Position numbers and translations under genes: made by a program. DNA of 64,000 nucleotides from NCBI RefSeq assembly GCF_009834535.1, contig NC_045697.1:109804001-109868000 (forward strand), read 5' to 3'. Below, piece after piece: positions 39,867-54,010 of the stretch. Position 1 is the stretch's first letter, and every line of letters starts with the position of its first letter. The notes under the pieces were generated by a model. That model worked only from the letters and a program-made list of their open reading frames with translations. It made no database searches and was not told the origin of the DNA. The stretch is from Camelus ferus (taxonomy: Eukaryota).

Positions 39867-41113
39867 ATCAAGTCTTTTTCTTCTAGTAGGATAGACACTC
39901 CTTGCTCAGAAGCTGCATCAACATTTTGCTTAGGAAATTCAATCTCTTAATGCCATTTCCAAGGAATGTTCGTTGACTGAGGCTGACTCACCATCCTACA
40001 TTGGATAACAGGCTGTCACGTCTTATTACATCAGCCTTGGAAGTGTTCTTTCAGGTATTTGTACCAGTTCATTAATCCTGCTCCAACTGTCTACTGGAAC
40101 TGCAATCTCAGCTTACTCTCAATTATGGACATTCATTCATTCATTCAGTCAAGCATTCAATATTTATTGGGTGCCAACTTGTCACCGTGCTAAACTCTGG
40201 AGGTCCTAAGATGAGTAAAACTGCAGAATTTTATGATTCTTAGATATCATCTAGACCAAAGCAAGAAAATCAGGATAAAATACCCCATAATGCATGAACA
40301 ATGGCCTCCGTGCTCAAGGGACGTGAGAAGCCAAGAATAACTGTGTGCCAATTTCATAGACTCAGAGATGTTTATAGCCTCCAAATGCTACGGAGAGTCT
40401 GTTGTCGTTTCATGCTTTGCAGTGTTTGTGTTACAGTTAACAAGGTCAGCCTTGCTGGGAAATAAACAAGCAAGACAGGTGATCTCAGGAGCCAAGGGAA
40501 AGTGCACTTTTCCTGCCTCCCCTAGCCGCCCTCATCCTTGCTTACTGATGTCTAGGATTCCATTAATGGGAACCGAGGTCATTCCATATTTTAGGGATGT
40601 TTAAAAATCTCAGTTACTCCAGAGAGATAACATAGATTTAAATCTAAAAGGAGTGCTAATAACTGAAAGCTTTCCCCTTTAGGAAAAGAGAGAGAAGGGA
40701 AGGGATGGAGGGCACTGGTAATTTGACTTCGAAAGGAAAAATTTTTCGAAGCAGCCACAGTTTTGTTCAAGCGCTACCAGCCTGTTAAAAAGAATTACAG
40801 TAAAACTTGTCTTAATATTGCTAAATGCAGATTTTTACATACTTAAAATCCCCAGAGAGTGGTTCGTTAGCATCATGAGCTAATGCTTATGCTGAGCATC
40901 AAGGGAAAGCTTCAGAAAATATAAACATTCTGCTTAACATATATATGGTTTTGAATATTCGCAGTGCCCTGCAGTGGAAGTTTGTACTGGGTTTTAAATG
41001 CTTTTCTATAGTACCTGTTTAGGGACAAGTGGAAGAAAGTCTTATTTTCCCTCGATGTTTGTGAAACACAGGCTTTCTTCCCTAGAATGCTCCTATTCCC
41101 AGAAACTGTGCAC

Positions 41114-41117
<4 letters not shown>

Positions 41118-41144
<27 letters not shown>
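41118..41144. repeat. (CA)n microsatellite
   Basis: Direct reading. Confidence 0.9.
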
Positions 41145-41149
<5 letters not shown>

Positions 41150-41623
41150 GAAGAAGCAATAATTTAGAATTTCTGAACATCTTCATTTAGGCTATATTCT
41201 TTCAAAATAGTGAAATGTATTACACATCCCTTTTAATGAAGGCAAAGCAAACACTCTAAAAGATGTAACATCTGTGGGAAATATAATCTAAATTGAAAAC
41301 TTGTGTAGACATAAGAAGCAAGAGAGTAAATATGGGGACAAGAAATATGGCAAGATGTTAATGCTAAAAGTAGTTTTTTTTTTAAACATCATTCATAATA
41401 GAAAGTGCATAGATGAAACAAATTTTCTGGAGCAAAAAAAAAAAAAAAATCAATAAAACTCCAGCCCTAATCTTATCTGAAGATTGACAGCAGTGCTAAT
41501 TTGCTTTAGGCATAATTAATCTTAGAATATATTACCACTGAGTTTCCAGATCTTAAAAGATGGAAAGGCCATTTGCACTGACAGTCTGAGGATTTATACT
41601 TTCTTTCAGAAACAGTAATTCTT

Positions 41624-41916
41624 TTTTGGTTTTGTTTTGATTTTTATTGCAGTATAGTCAGTTTACAACGTTGTGTCAATTTCTGGTGTACAGCATACTG
41701 TTTCAGTCATACATGAACATACATATATTCATTTTCACATTTTTTTCTTTATAAGTTATTACAAGATATTGGATATAGTTCCCTGGGCTATACGATAGGA
41801 CCTTGCTGTTCATCTATTTTATATATAGTAGTGTATATCTGCAAATCCCACTCCCAGTTTATCCCTTCCCTCCCCCTTTGCCCTCTGGTAAACCATAAGT
41901 TTGTTCTCTATGTGAG
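41624..41916 (-). mobile_element. 5'-truncated young L1 with 18-bp TSD
   Basis: TSD tcagaaacagtaattctt (41606-41623) / tcaggaacagtaattctt (41917-41934); L1 3'UTR is the reverse-oriented relative of 35945-36329. Confidence 0.9.
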
Positions 41917-42316
41917 TCAGGAACAGTAATTCTTACCTAAAGAACTAAAGTCATTAATCCCTTACAAGGGAATAAGAACCACCTATTTCTTTACCACATT
42001 AAATACCAAAAGGAGGTTTTGTGTGATTTACCTGATAAAATGCAGTCTTCTAAGTAACCAGTTTCACCCAACCCCTTTGGTAAGAGAACCTGTGTTTGGT
42101 ACAGGGAAGAGAAAACCAATCTGTGGACAGGTTTGCTTACCTAGCAAAACAGAGGTGTTGTGAAGATCAAGAGAGATACAAGCTGAAGAATTTATCAAAA
42201 AATGATAAAGCACAGAAAGTACGAGGTGAATGATGCTGCCTGATAAGCTGCGCCCAGCTGCAGGGCAGTGTAGCATTGCACATTGCATGAGCCTTGGGGG
42301 CCAGTGCAGGGGGTAC

Positions 42317-42726
42317 GTGTCCTTAGTTCTGGCTGCTGTGACACGATACCTTAGGCAGGGTGCCTTAAACAACAGACACGTACTTCGCTCAGTTCTGGAG
42401 GCTGAAAGTCCAAGATGGCGGTGCCAACGTGTTTGGGGTCTGGTGAGAGCCCTCTTCCTTATTGTGTCCTCACAAGGCCTTCCTTGGGATCATTCTGTCT
42501 CTGTCTCTCCCCTGCCCTGCCTTTCCAGCACCTTCTCTCTGAGTAGAAAGAGATTAGTGCTTCTTCTCTTTATAAGGGCACTAGTCCCATCATGAGAGCC
42601 CCACCCTCATGACCTCATCTAACCCTAATTACCTCCCAAAGGCCCCACCACCAAACACCATCACCTTGGGGGACAGGGCCTCAACATATGCATTTTCTAA
42701 GGACATAAGCTTTCAGGCCACAGCAG
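42317..42726 (-). mobile_element. MLT1A-like solo LTR
   Basis: ttaaacaacagacac...cagttctggaggctgaaagtccaagat...ctcatgacctcatctaaccctaattacctcccaaaggccccacc. Confidence 0.85.
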
Positions 42727-44971
42727 TGGGCAAATGAGGCAGCCACTGGTGTGGCATAATTTCAGAAGTGCCATGAACTCTACCCACTTCTTCAACAACA
42801 GAACCACTGCTGCGGACTGAGATATGGGCCCCAGAAAACTGCTGAAAGGCATTCCCTACAAGGTCGAGGTAACAAATTAACATACTTTATTAGGTTAACC
42901 AACTGTCACCTGCTGAGAAAGAAAGCCAAGCTGTGAGGGAAGGAAGCACAGGGCAGAGAGATTTTGAAGGCATGAGTGTGAGGGTAGGATGGAAAGTTCT
43001 AGACCCAGTTCATTGTGGGCAGGATATGAACTTGGCAATGACACGATGGGAGGTCCTGTAATTGAGGAACAGCACCAGGCACCGTGTCACTGGTGGGGCA
43101 AAGAAGACAGAGGAGAGGGAGTATGATGGAAAGTGAGGGGCACGTCTGAGACGTACATTACCCGTGACCCAGTGTGACTGTGGCCTCACCCTGTAGCCTG
43201 ACCTCGGTTCACTTATCTCTGAACGTGTCCATTCTTCTCACAAGTGCACCTTTGTTTTCTGCCCAGCACACAAACATCACGACCCGCGTCTGAGAATGTT
43301 GGGAATTTTATTAGGTCCATAAAGTTTTAGCTGTGGTCTACTTCACCAAGGCCAAAGTAAATAAATAGAGAGAGTGTAAGGGTAACAGCTTTTTTTTTTT
43401 TTTTAAACCTGGCTTAAAGAAAGAAAAACTACTGAAACACTAAAATAACTTTGTCACAGTGGCTTTAGAAGGGATTTCTTCTTACCAACCAAGGATTCTG
43501 TAGCGTGCACGCTAAGAGACAGCAGTCAAAAGGCAGCCAACAAATTCTTTTCAGATTTCTCTGAGAGTATTCTGTTCTGTGGTGTTAGGTTAAGAGGTTA
43601 AAATGATTGACAACCGATTGGCCACAGGCCTAGAGCTAACTGGGCGAAAAAGGCAAAATGTCTAGGCTTTTAAGAGTTGAGCTTTGTGGGCAAATATCAA
43701 TGATAGAATTAATTACTATTTATAATGAGATAAACTTCGTAACGGTCTTTTCTCTACTTTTCTAAGGTTCAAAATCTGTATCGTTCAAATCTCTCTAGCT
43801 AACATCGTTGCTGTGTCACCATAATCATATTTATTACGATCACTATTAAATATAACAATGTTTTGAGTGTTTACTACGTGCAAGTCATGGGTCTAAGAAC
43901 TTGCAAGGCATCAACCACCTTCCTTCTCACTATGTGAAGTAGTTTCTGGATACTGAAGTATCTTCCAAAGAGCAGAAAACTGAGACATAGATCAGGTACG
44001 TAAATCACCTTGGATCACGCAGTTTGCAAGTTGAGAACATGGGCTGTATAAAGTATTCAGCTTTTAAGTTCATGAAAAAGTTAGAAGGGAATTTCTAGCT
44101 ACCCTCTTGCTCAGTGTGCCTTTCACTATTGTCACTGTTGTCCATAATATTTTTGGGTGCTCAGTAGGTGTGTTAGGAATGCAGTTAATCAGTAGGGGAA
44201 CATTACGGAAACATCAACCTCATGGAAAACCCATCATTTTGAGTGGAAATAGCAAGATTCAGAACATAATTAGAATAATCAGAATAGCAAGATTCAGAAT
44301 ATAATTCTCCCCATTTGAAACATAAGTATTCATTCATAAAATACCATAGAGTGTTTTTGCAATATATGAATGTTTGTAAAAGACACAGCCTCCCAAGAGT
44401 GTATCCTCTTGGTCCAAGGAGTGGGATAAGGGATCGGGTGGTGGTGAGAGTCTGGAAGCAGAAATGGGGACGGTTTTTGAATCTGAGTGATATGACTATT
44501 ATTCTTTGTATTTTTGTATTTCTTAAATTTCTAAAAATCTGATAAAAATGAATATTTATTGAAGACACTTGTTGCTGAGCTGACAAAGCCTTCATTTTAG
44601 CTGGGAGTCAGGATGTGCAGATCAAGAGGAGGCTAAAAGGATGGGGTGTAAATCAGGACCGAGGTGGGTACGACTTGTGGGGCTTCAGACGAGAGATGAT
44701 TCAAGGGCAGGAGACCTGGGAAAAGCTTCATGGGGGAGGAGAAATGTGAGCTGAGCCTGGGAGGGCTAGCCTAGTAAGTTAGGAGATGGGGATGCCAGAC
44801 AGGGAGCATGGCCAGAACCCCACAGTGAGGTGGACCACTAAGGGTCACATTCACAAGAACACCAAAGGGCTGAATGAGACAGTGTAAGCAGAACATCTAG
44901 TCTGACCCGGTACATTAAAGATCCATTTAATTAAGGCAACACTGTACCACAAAAGAGGCATTACCCAGCCT

Positions 44972-45540
44972 CTATGTCGAGGTCTACTTAGTTCCCATGA
45001 TTCCCATGTCTGTGTCTATTTATTTCCCATGATTCCTGTGTCAACCTCTACTTAGTTCCCATGATTCCCGTGTCTGTGTCTATTTATTTCCCATGATTCC
45101 TATGTCAACCTCTACTTAGTTCCCATGATTCCCGTGTCTGTGTCTATTTATTTCCCATGATTCCTATGTCAACCTCTACTTAGTTCCCACAATTCCTGGG
45201 TCCATTTCTATTTATTTCCCATGATTCCCTGTCAATGTCTACTTAGTTCCCTTGATTCCCATGTCAACATCTACTTAGTTCCCATGATTCCTGTGTCGAT
45301 GTCTACTTAGTTCCCACAATGCCTCTGTCCATTTCTATTTATTTCCTATGATTCACATGTCAACATCTACCTACTTCCCATGATTCCCTGTCAATGTCTA
45401 GTTAGTTCCCATGATTCCCGGGTCTATGTCTATTTATTTCCCATGATTCACATGTCAACATCTACCTAGTTCCCATGAGTCCCCTGTTGATGTACCTATG
45501 ATTCCTATGTTCATGTCTGCTTAGTTCCCATGATTCCCAT
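44972..45540. repeat. 32-bp minisatellite (~17 units) with 64-bp higher-order dimer
   Basis: Units ttagttcccatgattcccgtgtctgtgtctat and ttatttcccatgattcctatgtcaacctctac alternate; ttagttccc recurs at 44988, 45052 and 45116. Confidence 0.95.
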
Positions 45541-47154
45541 GGAGCATCACTGACAGTCCCACTGAAGGGCATTTCCTACCTTTACTGGGAACCTCAGAGG
45601 ATCAATCAGAGTTCAAGGAGTCATTTTATTTATGAAGGCAAACTCCCAGTTTAAGACCCACAGCAAAAAGGGCCACCATATCTTTCTAGAATATCATCTC
45701 TTTGTTTTACACCCAAAGATAGCCCAGAAGTGGTATGAGAAAGATCACTCCATGGAACTGAAAAAAATCATTTTCATTTTTCCCTGACACATTGAATTCC
45801 AGCTGCATGCTCTCAAAACCCACCAGGGTAGTGAAGATGTACACAGACCCAAAGTACGTGGGCTTGTCCCAAGTGCTGGGGGCAGAAGTACGAGTCCCGT
45901 GGTGGGTAGAGGTAAAGTCATCCAAGAGTGGAGGGAAGGAAGATTAGAGCTTTGCTGAGAGGTCTTTGCCAACATGAATTCCTGATGGTTCCTTGGATTT
46001 CCAGGCGGGCTGGTGGCTGGTTTCCCAGCTGCGGTGGCATACTTTTGCTGAGTTAGCTGAGGAGCTTATCAGAACTCAGACTGAAGAACTCTCCCCGGCC
46101 TGTTCACATGGTACAATCATGTGGGGCGTTCACCACAAGCCCCCTGAGAAAGGAAGTAGACGTCTTCATGGCTGTCTTCTGGGTGTCCCGGCTGGAGGAG
46201 GAGGAAGTGACATAAAATCCAGCTCTTCCCCTCACCCAACCCCAGGCCAGCCACACACACCCTAAGTGTCCCCCAGTCCCAGTGCTCAGTCCTCACAGTC
46301 TGGATATTTCCTTTTTAGGTTGGATGTGGCAGGGGATAGACTGGGACAGGAATGACCCCTGTGGGACCACCACTGATGTTTCTGGGTGGTGTCCATTCGG
46401 TGGTTGGCCCATTTCCTCGCAGGGAGGTCAGTGGAGCTGAAGTGGATCTCAGGACATCCCCCAGACAATGTGCGGCCCATAGGATGGCAGTGCCCCCAGA
46501 GCAGGCCTCAGTGCCTCTGTATAAAGTGCTCCCCCCCCCTTCGCTCCCGTGCTGTGCAGGAGGGTCAGCTTTCGCTGTTCCTGCTCCCCCAAGGCTGTCC
46601 TATCAGAAGTAGCATCCCGTCTCGCATTGATTTATTGAGTGGCAGTCGATGGGTGTGGGGGCGGGGGATTTAATTTTTATTCTCTCAACTGCTTTGTCTC
46701 ATTCAGAAAAGCAAATTTACCAACACTAATGCATGAAAACATTTGTTTATGGTCACTTGTCTCAAAGTCCATATATTTCCACACCTAAACGTATCCAGGA
46801 CGGGAACCTAAATCTATTAGTGTCACTTTGACTTCTGTTTCATCCAAGATGAGATAATCAAATACAACCCTTTAGAAGACTCCCGTGTACATCCTGCCAG
46901 TAGCTCATTTCATAGTTTTGTGTGCTCCTTATTGCGATCGCCCAGCTGAGAGGGCTCCTAAAATAAAAGCTACAGGGTGATCCGATACTCAGTCCAGCAG
47001 AATAACTTGGATATGGGCAATGGAAGAGAAGCAGAGAGCCCCCTTCATCCTTTCTCACAGCCCTGAGGCTGCAGGATTTAAGGCGAATTTAAGTTTCAGA
47101 GGGGAACAATCTTGAGTCCTTTGACTCTTACTGGCAGTATAGACAAATGTCGAA

Positions 47155-47300
47155 AACATGTGGATTCTGGAGCCAGACTTCCTGCCTAAAATTTTGCTTC
47201 CGATACTTACTGATGAGGTAACCCTCTTCTTTCACTCCTTCATCTGTAAAATGCATGTCACTGGGGATCCGTAGAAGTACACAGACTTGGTGAGCAGGGT
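47155..47300 (+). mobile_element. MIR fragment
   Basis: ggattctggagccagacttcctg...tccttcatctgtaaaatg. Confidence 0.65.
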
Positions 47301-47589
47301 GGTTGATGAGAGACCAGCAGCTGTAAAAGGGAGAGGGAGGAAGGGTACCGGGCGGAGGGGGAATTCAAACAGTGACGCAGACCTGACAAGATGGGCGTGA
47401 AGCCAGCTGGGAGCCCTGCAGGCAGTTATCCCTGGGCAGGGAAGGGGTCTGGCCTTGCACCCCACCCGCGCCCCTGACACAGGCTGCCTGCGGGAAGAGA
47501 GGGACTGGGTCAGGACTGCTCTGCAGCTGAGATGGACCCTGAGGCAGCTGGAGGCTGTCTGCTGACCACGCTCCCCCTCGCTGAACAGG

Positions 47590-47712
47590 GATCTTGGTGA
47601 CTCAGTATCTCCGTGTCTATCAAAACGCGGGTAATACTACTATGCCCCTCATGGGGCTGTGATGAGGATTAAGTGAGTTATTATATGAAATGGCCTTAGA
47701 AGAGTGTTTGCT
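47590..47712 (+). mobile_element. MIR fragment
   Basis: cctcatggggctgtgatgaggattaagtgagttattatatgaaatggccttagaagagtg. Confidence 0.65.
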
Positions 47713-50640
47713 GCTCTTCTTGTGTGGCGTGTGTGTGCTTCTGTGGAGAATCTTGGAGGATGGTTTATGATGGAAGGAACGAATGTGGGTGCTTCTGCAT
47801 CTCTCTGTCATTGCAGCCCCCCCTTGCTTGAGGTCCATGGGTTATTTTATGCGTTACTTTATTAGGTAATTCGATGGTCTTGATCTCGTCTTCTGGACAT
47901 TGTAGGTGTTACAAAACCTTCGAATTGCCCTGGGCAGTCATAATTTAAAACTTGGCCTGTTTCTCCTATCAGATGATAAAATATAAACAATTTGGAGCAA
48001 AAAGAGCAAACGGAGGATGTGACTCAGGGTGGATCCCAAAGGAAGGCTGAGCAAATGTTAAAGGGAGCCCACAAACCACTGTGTGGAGAGTCCGAGATCC
48101 AGACTCCAGGCGGGCAGGGGCCTCTGCAGGGTGTCCTCAGTCTAGTAGTGTAGGGTTTGGGGAGACCAGAAGGCCCAGCCTAACTCTCTAGACTGCCTGG
48201 CTTCTGAAATTCCAGACGCCGGTCCCAGTCCCATCTGGGCTGGTTTCAAGTGCTATAAGCCTTGGAAGCAAAAACTTTTTGCTCTTTCATAGAGTCTTGG
48301 GTTAATTTTCAGACTGAATTGGGTACCAGATAGGTCACTCGAAGAACAGAGGAGAAAATGTTTGCCTCCTGAGAAGGAGTGATTGGGGTGAGGAAATGCT
48401 CATTGAAAGAATGAATCGAGGACCCAAAGCCCTCACTTCTAAGGAGCTCACAGTTTAAAGAAAAAAGGTAACACAGACTCTGGGAAAAATATATGGAAAT
48501 GTATACATAAAAGTCTGAACTTACTGTGAAAGCCGAGGGTTCTGCCTCATTGCTGAGCGAGTTACAGAAGGTATTATGGGGAGAGGGGTCTGGGAAGAAA
48601 GGAGCGAAGGAAACATTCTGAAGACTGAAGGAGGGGAGGGGATCAAGGCTGTTCTAAGAGAGGGCTCCCTTGAGAATACGGGTCTGAGTGTTCCTTTCAC
48701 ACAGACATGGTCTCTTTCGCTCTGGTATTCCCAGGACCTTGCACTGAAGCTGGCAGACAGTAGGTCTCAAAAGCTGTTGGTTGAACTGAGGGTAATTAAC
48801 CAGGCTGCTGTGTTGAGGGTGGGTCGGAGTGGATGGGAACAGAGGCAGAGAGTGAAGGTATGGCCGGGACCAAGGGACAGGATTCATCCTAGTAGGCACC
48901 AGGGGGTGGACAAAGCAAGTCTGAAATGTGTGGTAGGTCTGTGTTTCCCAGGCAGGGTCTACAGGCACATTCCCAGGGTCAGCGAGTCCTTTCTTAAGAA
49001 TGTGAAAACGCTGCCTTTCTTTTCTAATCAACTGGATGACCGCACGACAAGTGAACGCTGCTGTGGGATTTAGGTGTTGTGTTGTCTTTGTATCCGTGGT
49101 TGACTGTAGGCACCGTGTAATTACCAAAATGATAGTGTTTCACTTTTAGATATGCTGCTAAGTATGTCTGGCTGCTATTAGGCTGGCCGCTTCTAATGTC
49201 AAAATCACAATAACCCTTCCTCACCTGTCGCTGTTCAGTAGAGGGTTGTTCATCCAGGACCCCAAACACCGGATGTGCCCAAAGAACAAAATCATCCTAA
49301 ATGATTTTCAAATAATTGTAACAACAACAACAACAATCTTCATGGTGATAAAGAATGATTAGCTCTAGGGTATTTGCTTTAGTGAATAGACTGGAAATTC
49401 AGAGGTGGCTGGGGCAGCAAGGTTGTGCAAATGACCATAAGTGGTCTCTGTGGAATCACAAGAGTCTCTCTCTCTCTCTCTGTCTCCCCTGCCAGTAAGA
49501 TGGAGTTGTGATAATTCTGGATTTTCATGGTTTACCAGGTAACCCCTAAATCAAAGTATTAAATTTAAAGCATTAAATTGAAATTTGACAAATATATTTT
49601 AGGAATCCCATTTCTTAACCTAAACCCTGCAAAGAAAAAACAAGAGTATGTACTTTCATAAAATACTGGGGTGGGGCGAGTGTTTTTCCACGCTAGTGAG
49701 CTTCTGGAGTTAAGACTCTTGAAATAGTGGAAGTCCTGATGAAGTCATTAAAAAAAAAAAGATCCAGACAGTGGATATTAACTTATTATAATCAGATCCA
49801 AAGACAAAAATTACTTGTTGGCACTGATATTTGCACTCCAAAGGAACTTTCGTAGAGCAAAATTTGGGTCTCTTAAACTATGTACTATGGTGGCATGTTG
49901 ATTTGGTATGCAAGGAAATGGACCAGTGTGGCGGAGTAATGTACTGTTTAATGGCTGAGGGATAATAAGAAGAGAAAAAAAATGGGTTTAATATGTGTAC
50001 GAGGCAGCTGTGCCAGCGATGTCCCAGCTCACCCTGCAGAGATGTCCGCAGCTGCCGAAGTAGAGAAAAGAGCTTGCTGGATTGGGTCGATAGATGGGAA
50101 ACAGTAGCACAGAGCTGCTGGACTCACATGACGCTGCCCAGTAGCAGGTGGTCCCAGATTGTCACATGGCAAATCGAGCCGTGGCATGGTCACGACTAGT
50201 TGCTGATATACTGTAACGTAATCCTGGAGGGCAGGCATTTTTGGTTGTGTTTCCTGCACCTCTGACAGTGCCCGGCACACCATAGACACTCACTAAAAAC
50301 CTTTTGGAATGATTATATTTGAATTGTATTGGTCTTCCACTTATGTTGTCTTTAATTTGTAAATTTTGTTTCCTTGTGGAATCCAAAACTTTATGCTTAA
50401 GAACTTTGAACCGAGTTCTATGTTGCATGTCTTTCAATAAGATTAAAAATACTATTATTAAATTCATATTTATAGATGTCTCTGCCTTGCTGCAGTTTGT
50501 CCAAAACTGTAACGTTGTGCATGCGTCCCAGGAGAAGGGAAGCAGAAATTGGAACAAAGGAAAGAGAGAAGAAGAAAGATTAAAGATGAAGCCAAGCGTG
50601 TGAACCTTGGGGACTTCCAGGAGGGTGACACCATCACCGC

Positions 50641-51103
50641 TGTGGTGGGTGAGTGTGGCCCCCAAACACACGTGCACCCTGAATCTGCGAACATGACCTT
50701 TGGAATAAGGGTCTTTGCCACTGTAATTAAGGGAAGGATCTCAAGATGAGATCATCCTGGGTCAGGCTGGGCTCTTATAAACACACCTGTCAATCCAGTG
50801 ATAGGTGTCCTTATAAGAGTCAGAAAAGCAGAAGACACACAGACACAGAGACAGGGAAGCCATGAGAAGAAGGAGGCTGAGATTGGAGCGATGCATTAAC
50901 AAGCTGAGAAGCGCCAAGAATCGTCACCCCAAGCTGGGAAAGAGGCAGGGAAAGATTCTCCCTCAGCGCCCCAGAAGGAACAGACCCTGCTGACACTTGA
51001 ATTGCAGACTCCTGGCTTCCAGAGCTGTGAGAGAATAAATATCTGTTGTTTTAAGCCACCAAGTTCGTGGTCATTTGTCACAGCAGCCCTAGGAAGCCAG
51101 CAC
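50641..51103 (+). mobile_element. MLT1C/D-like solo LTR
   Basis: tgtggtggg...tttggaataagggtctttgc...gatgagatcatcctgg...tggcttccagagctgtgagagaataaatatctgttgttttaagccacc...gcagccctaggaa. Confidence 0.85.
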
Positions 51104-52539
51104 AGCAGTGGGGTATCAAGATAAATCAAACACGCCTTCAGAACTGATGAAACTTTAAAAAATCTTTTAAATATGGTGTTTTCTTATAGGTTCTTTTTAA
51201 AAATAGTCCTTTGAATAGTGTCTTTGAAATAGATTTACATTTGAGAAAATATCAGAAGGTCAACACAGAGACTTTTAAAAACCACCTTCCCCTGACAGTA
51301 ACGAAGCTTCCAAGGCAGATTTCTCACACGAAGGCTTGCTGTCCCTGACCAGTACCTGGGGCACCGCCACACACCTTGTCCTCTCTCAGCAGACACACCC
51401 TTACTTGTGTGTACACTCAGGTCAGGGGCCGACTATCAACGGCCCTCTCCCAGTGAAGAGAGAAAGCGAAAACAAGAGTTCTGGCCGGCCGGGGACCTTA
51501 TTCCAAGTGACTGTGGCTAAGGTGGAAAACCAGCACCAATACAGCATCACGCACCCTTCACAGACTAACATTGTAAACTGTCTCATTTCCCCGCGTGGTC
51601 CTATACTGTTAATGTCCTTCTCCGGGTAAGCAGGGCTTTGCCATGTGGCTGTTTAGAAGTTAAGAGGAGTTCTTTCTCTTCATCGGTAATTAAAAAAACC
51701 CAATTTAAAACTATTTCCAAATATGCACTGAATACAAAAAAAAATATCAAATAATCATTGACTAAGAGCCACAACCCTGAGGTTTTAATTCCTGGCAGGA
51801 AGGGCTATAAATTAGATCAGCGTGGGCCATGCCGCGTTCTCCTGAGAAACCTGTGCGTTCTTTTCCTGTCACGATGGCTGGAAAAGGCACTTTGTATTCT
51901 ACATCGCACGTAGAGCCTTGGGTTCAGAAACGCTGGCGTTTTCATCTGCTTAAATCAGGCTGGACGCTGAAGGGTGGGGAGGGGGGTTTTATTTTTCATT
52001 TCAACCATTCTCGAGAATTAGCTTTCCAGAAGAACTTTTGTTCTTATAATAAACCTAACTAGACCTACTTAGTCACTCAGAAAAAAAAAAAAAAAAAAGA
52101 GAGGACTCAGAAGAGCCAAGAATCTGTCAGCTCCACAGCAGTGGTTGACCAGGCTCTGGCTTGAACACTTGTAGGATGTTGGCGAGGCCAGAGGACTTGC
52201 AGAGCAGAGGCGAGTCTTATAAGGAAACGGCCTTCAGGCCAAGAGAGCTGCTCTGACTCGTGCTCCAGCGTGCTGAGCCGTCGGGGAAGAACGATTTTCG
52301 GTCTGAACTTAATTCATCAGTTAGGATATTTTACAAAACAAAACTGCCCTCCTATGAACACAGGGGAGATGAGGATGGTCTTGCGAGGAGAATGTCCTAA
52401 GTGGAGGAGTAGTTTGATTCATGTGACTTGCAAGTTCCTGAAAGTTAACTTTAAAAAGCATCCCCTAACACTTCATTAGTCCCATTTGCCAACTTAGGTA
52501 CCTAGTACCTATGTCCTGGCATGATTAAATATTCCTTTA

Positions 52540-53860
52540 TTTCTAGACTCAGTTAAGATTTGGTTTGGCTGTAAGTAACAGAGGTCCAAAACATCAGTAG
52601 TTTAAACAAGATAGAAATTTATTTCTCTCCAGCTGAAGTTGGGAAGTAGATAGTGCAGATGGCTGTTCTGCCCATGAATCCTCAGGGACCCTGGCAAATT
52701 TTGTTTTGTTCTTCTGTCATGCCTTCTTTTCATCCCAAGTTACCTCATGTTCCATTACGGCTGCTCTAACTCCAACCATTGTATCTCCATTCCAGCTAAC
52801 AGAAATGGAGAAGGAATAAAGAAAAAAATGGGCAAAGGGCCTACCCTACTGCCTTTTCACAAAACATAAAAGCATTTTTGTCTTACACTCTTCAGCCAGA
52901 ACTTAGGCACATGACCACTCATATGTAAAAATATAAACTGGAGTGTGTCCAACTTACAGCTGGGGACTTAGTTACTATGGAATACGGCTAATGGATATTG
53001 GGGATGAATTGTAGTCACAGCTTTGTGTTAACAATGATTTCAGTTCCTGCCCGCCTGTATAGGTAGATGTCTTCCATCCCATACCAGTTGCTTGTTTTCT
53101 GAACATGATCGCTGCCTGCAAAGCCTAAGAATCTCTTGACTCCCACTATGACTGGCCATCCCAGTGGGCAGGGAGGCAGAATGCTGTGAACCACAGCTCC
53201 CCACCCTCAAAGCCACATGTAGCAGGATGGGAGGGCTTCCCCAAGTGAAAGAGGGGGACACAGGATCTTGGGCAGACCAAGCCAACAGATGCCAACTAGA
53301 TTCTAGCAACTTGCTTGAGGGGGAAAATGTTTTCAAGACGATCCCGGACGTGCATGAATAAAAGTGAAAAAATGGGTGACAATGAAACCATTTTGCAACC
53401 CAGATTCCAGCCATTGTAGTCAAGAATCCCTCTGGTAACACGACTGGCCCAGGATGAGGCCCAACAGAGACCTCTGAGTGAGTGTATCTGTGCACACTGG
53501 GTGCTTGTACTGGGAGTGCTGACCTGGAGTCAGGTGAGCCAGTGCCGCCCATGGTCACACCCCTTAACCACACACACACACACACACACACTCACACTCA
53601 CACACACACACACACACTCACACGGAGAAAGCTTATATTCAGTAAAAGAAAGAAAGCGAATATGGCCAATAGACAGAGGAAGTCAGAGCCAAGAAGTACA
53701 GAGAGCAAGAGAGTGAGCTTCGATGACATATCTTGAGTCCCTTGGGGTCCTTGAGGCCAACTTTACCCCCAGTATCTCATTTTGTAACTCCAGTAAGTCT
53801 TTCTTTTGCTTAAGTCTGAGTTGGGTTTGGGTCATCATAGCTGAGAGGTACAGGACGAAC
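52540..53860. mobile_element. Old MaLR (MLT1-class) LTR fragments with an embedded (CA)n at 53569-53622
   Basis: tttggctgtaagtaacaga...tttaaacaagatagaaatttatttctctc; tttgcttaagtctgagttgggtttgggtca. Confidence 0.5.
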
Positions 53861-54010
53861 ACATGCTTCTCCTTCCAAATCCTTGAGAAGCAGTGCTCAT
53901 AGGCCTGGCTGTGATTTTCGGTTAAGTTAAAGGATTTTGGTTTTAAAACTGATTTTTAAAAAAGTAAAAAATTAAATCATTTGTATATGTACTTAGTAAA
54001 CTTAGCATTT

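Noticed and set aside
44972..45540. CRISPR-like array (constant ttcccatgattcc core with variable intervening sequence)
   Set aside because: The intervening parts are homologous to each other, the units are only 32 bp in total, there are no cas genes and the context is mammalian. It is a minisatellite.
48576..49127. Overlapping 165/157-aa ORFs (likewise 50162-50677 and 53040-53591)
   Set aside because: No recognisable domains and partly made of L2/MLT1/microsatellite sequence; consistent with chance ORFs.
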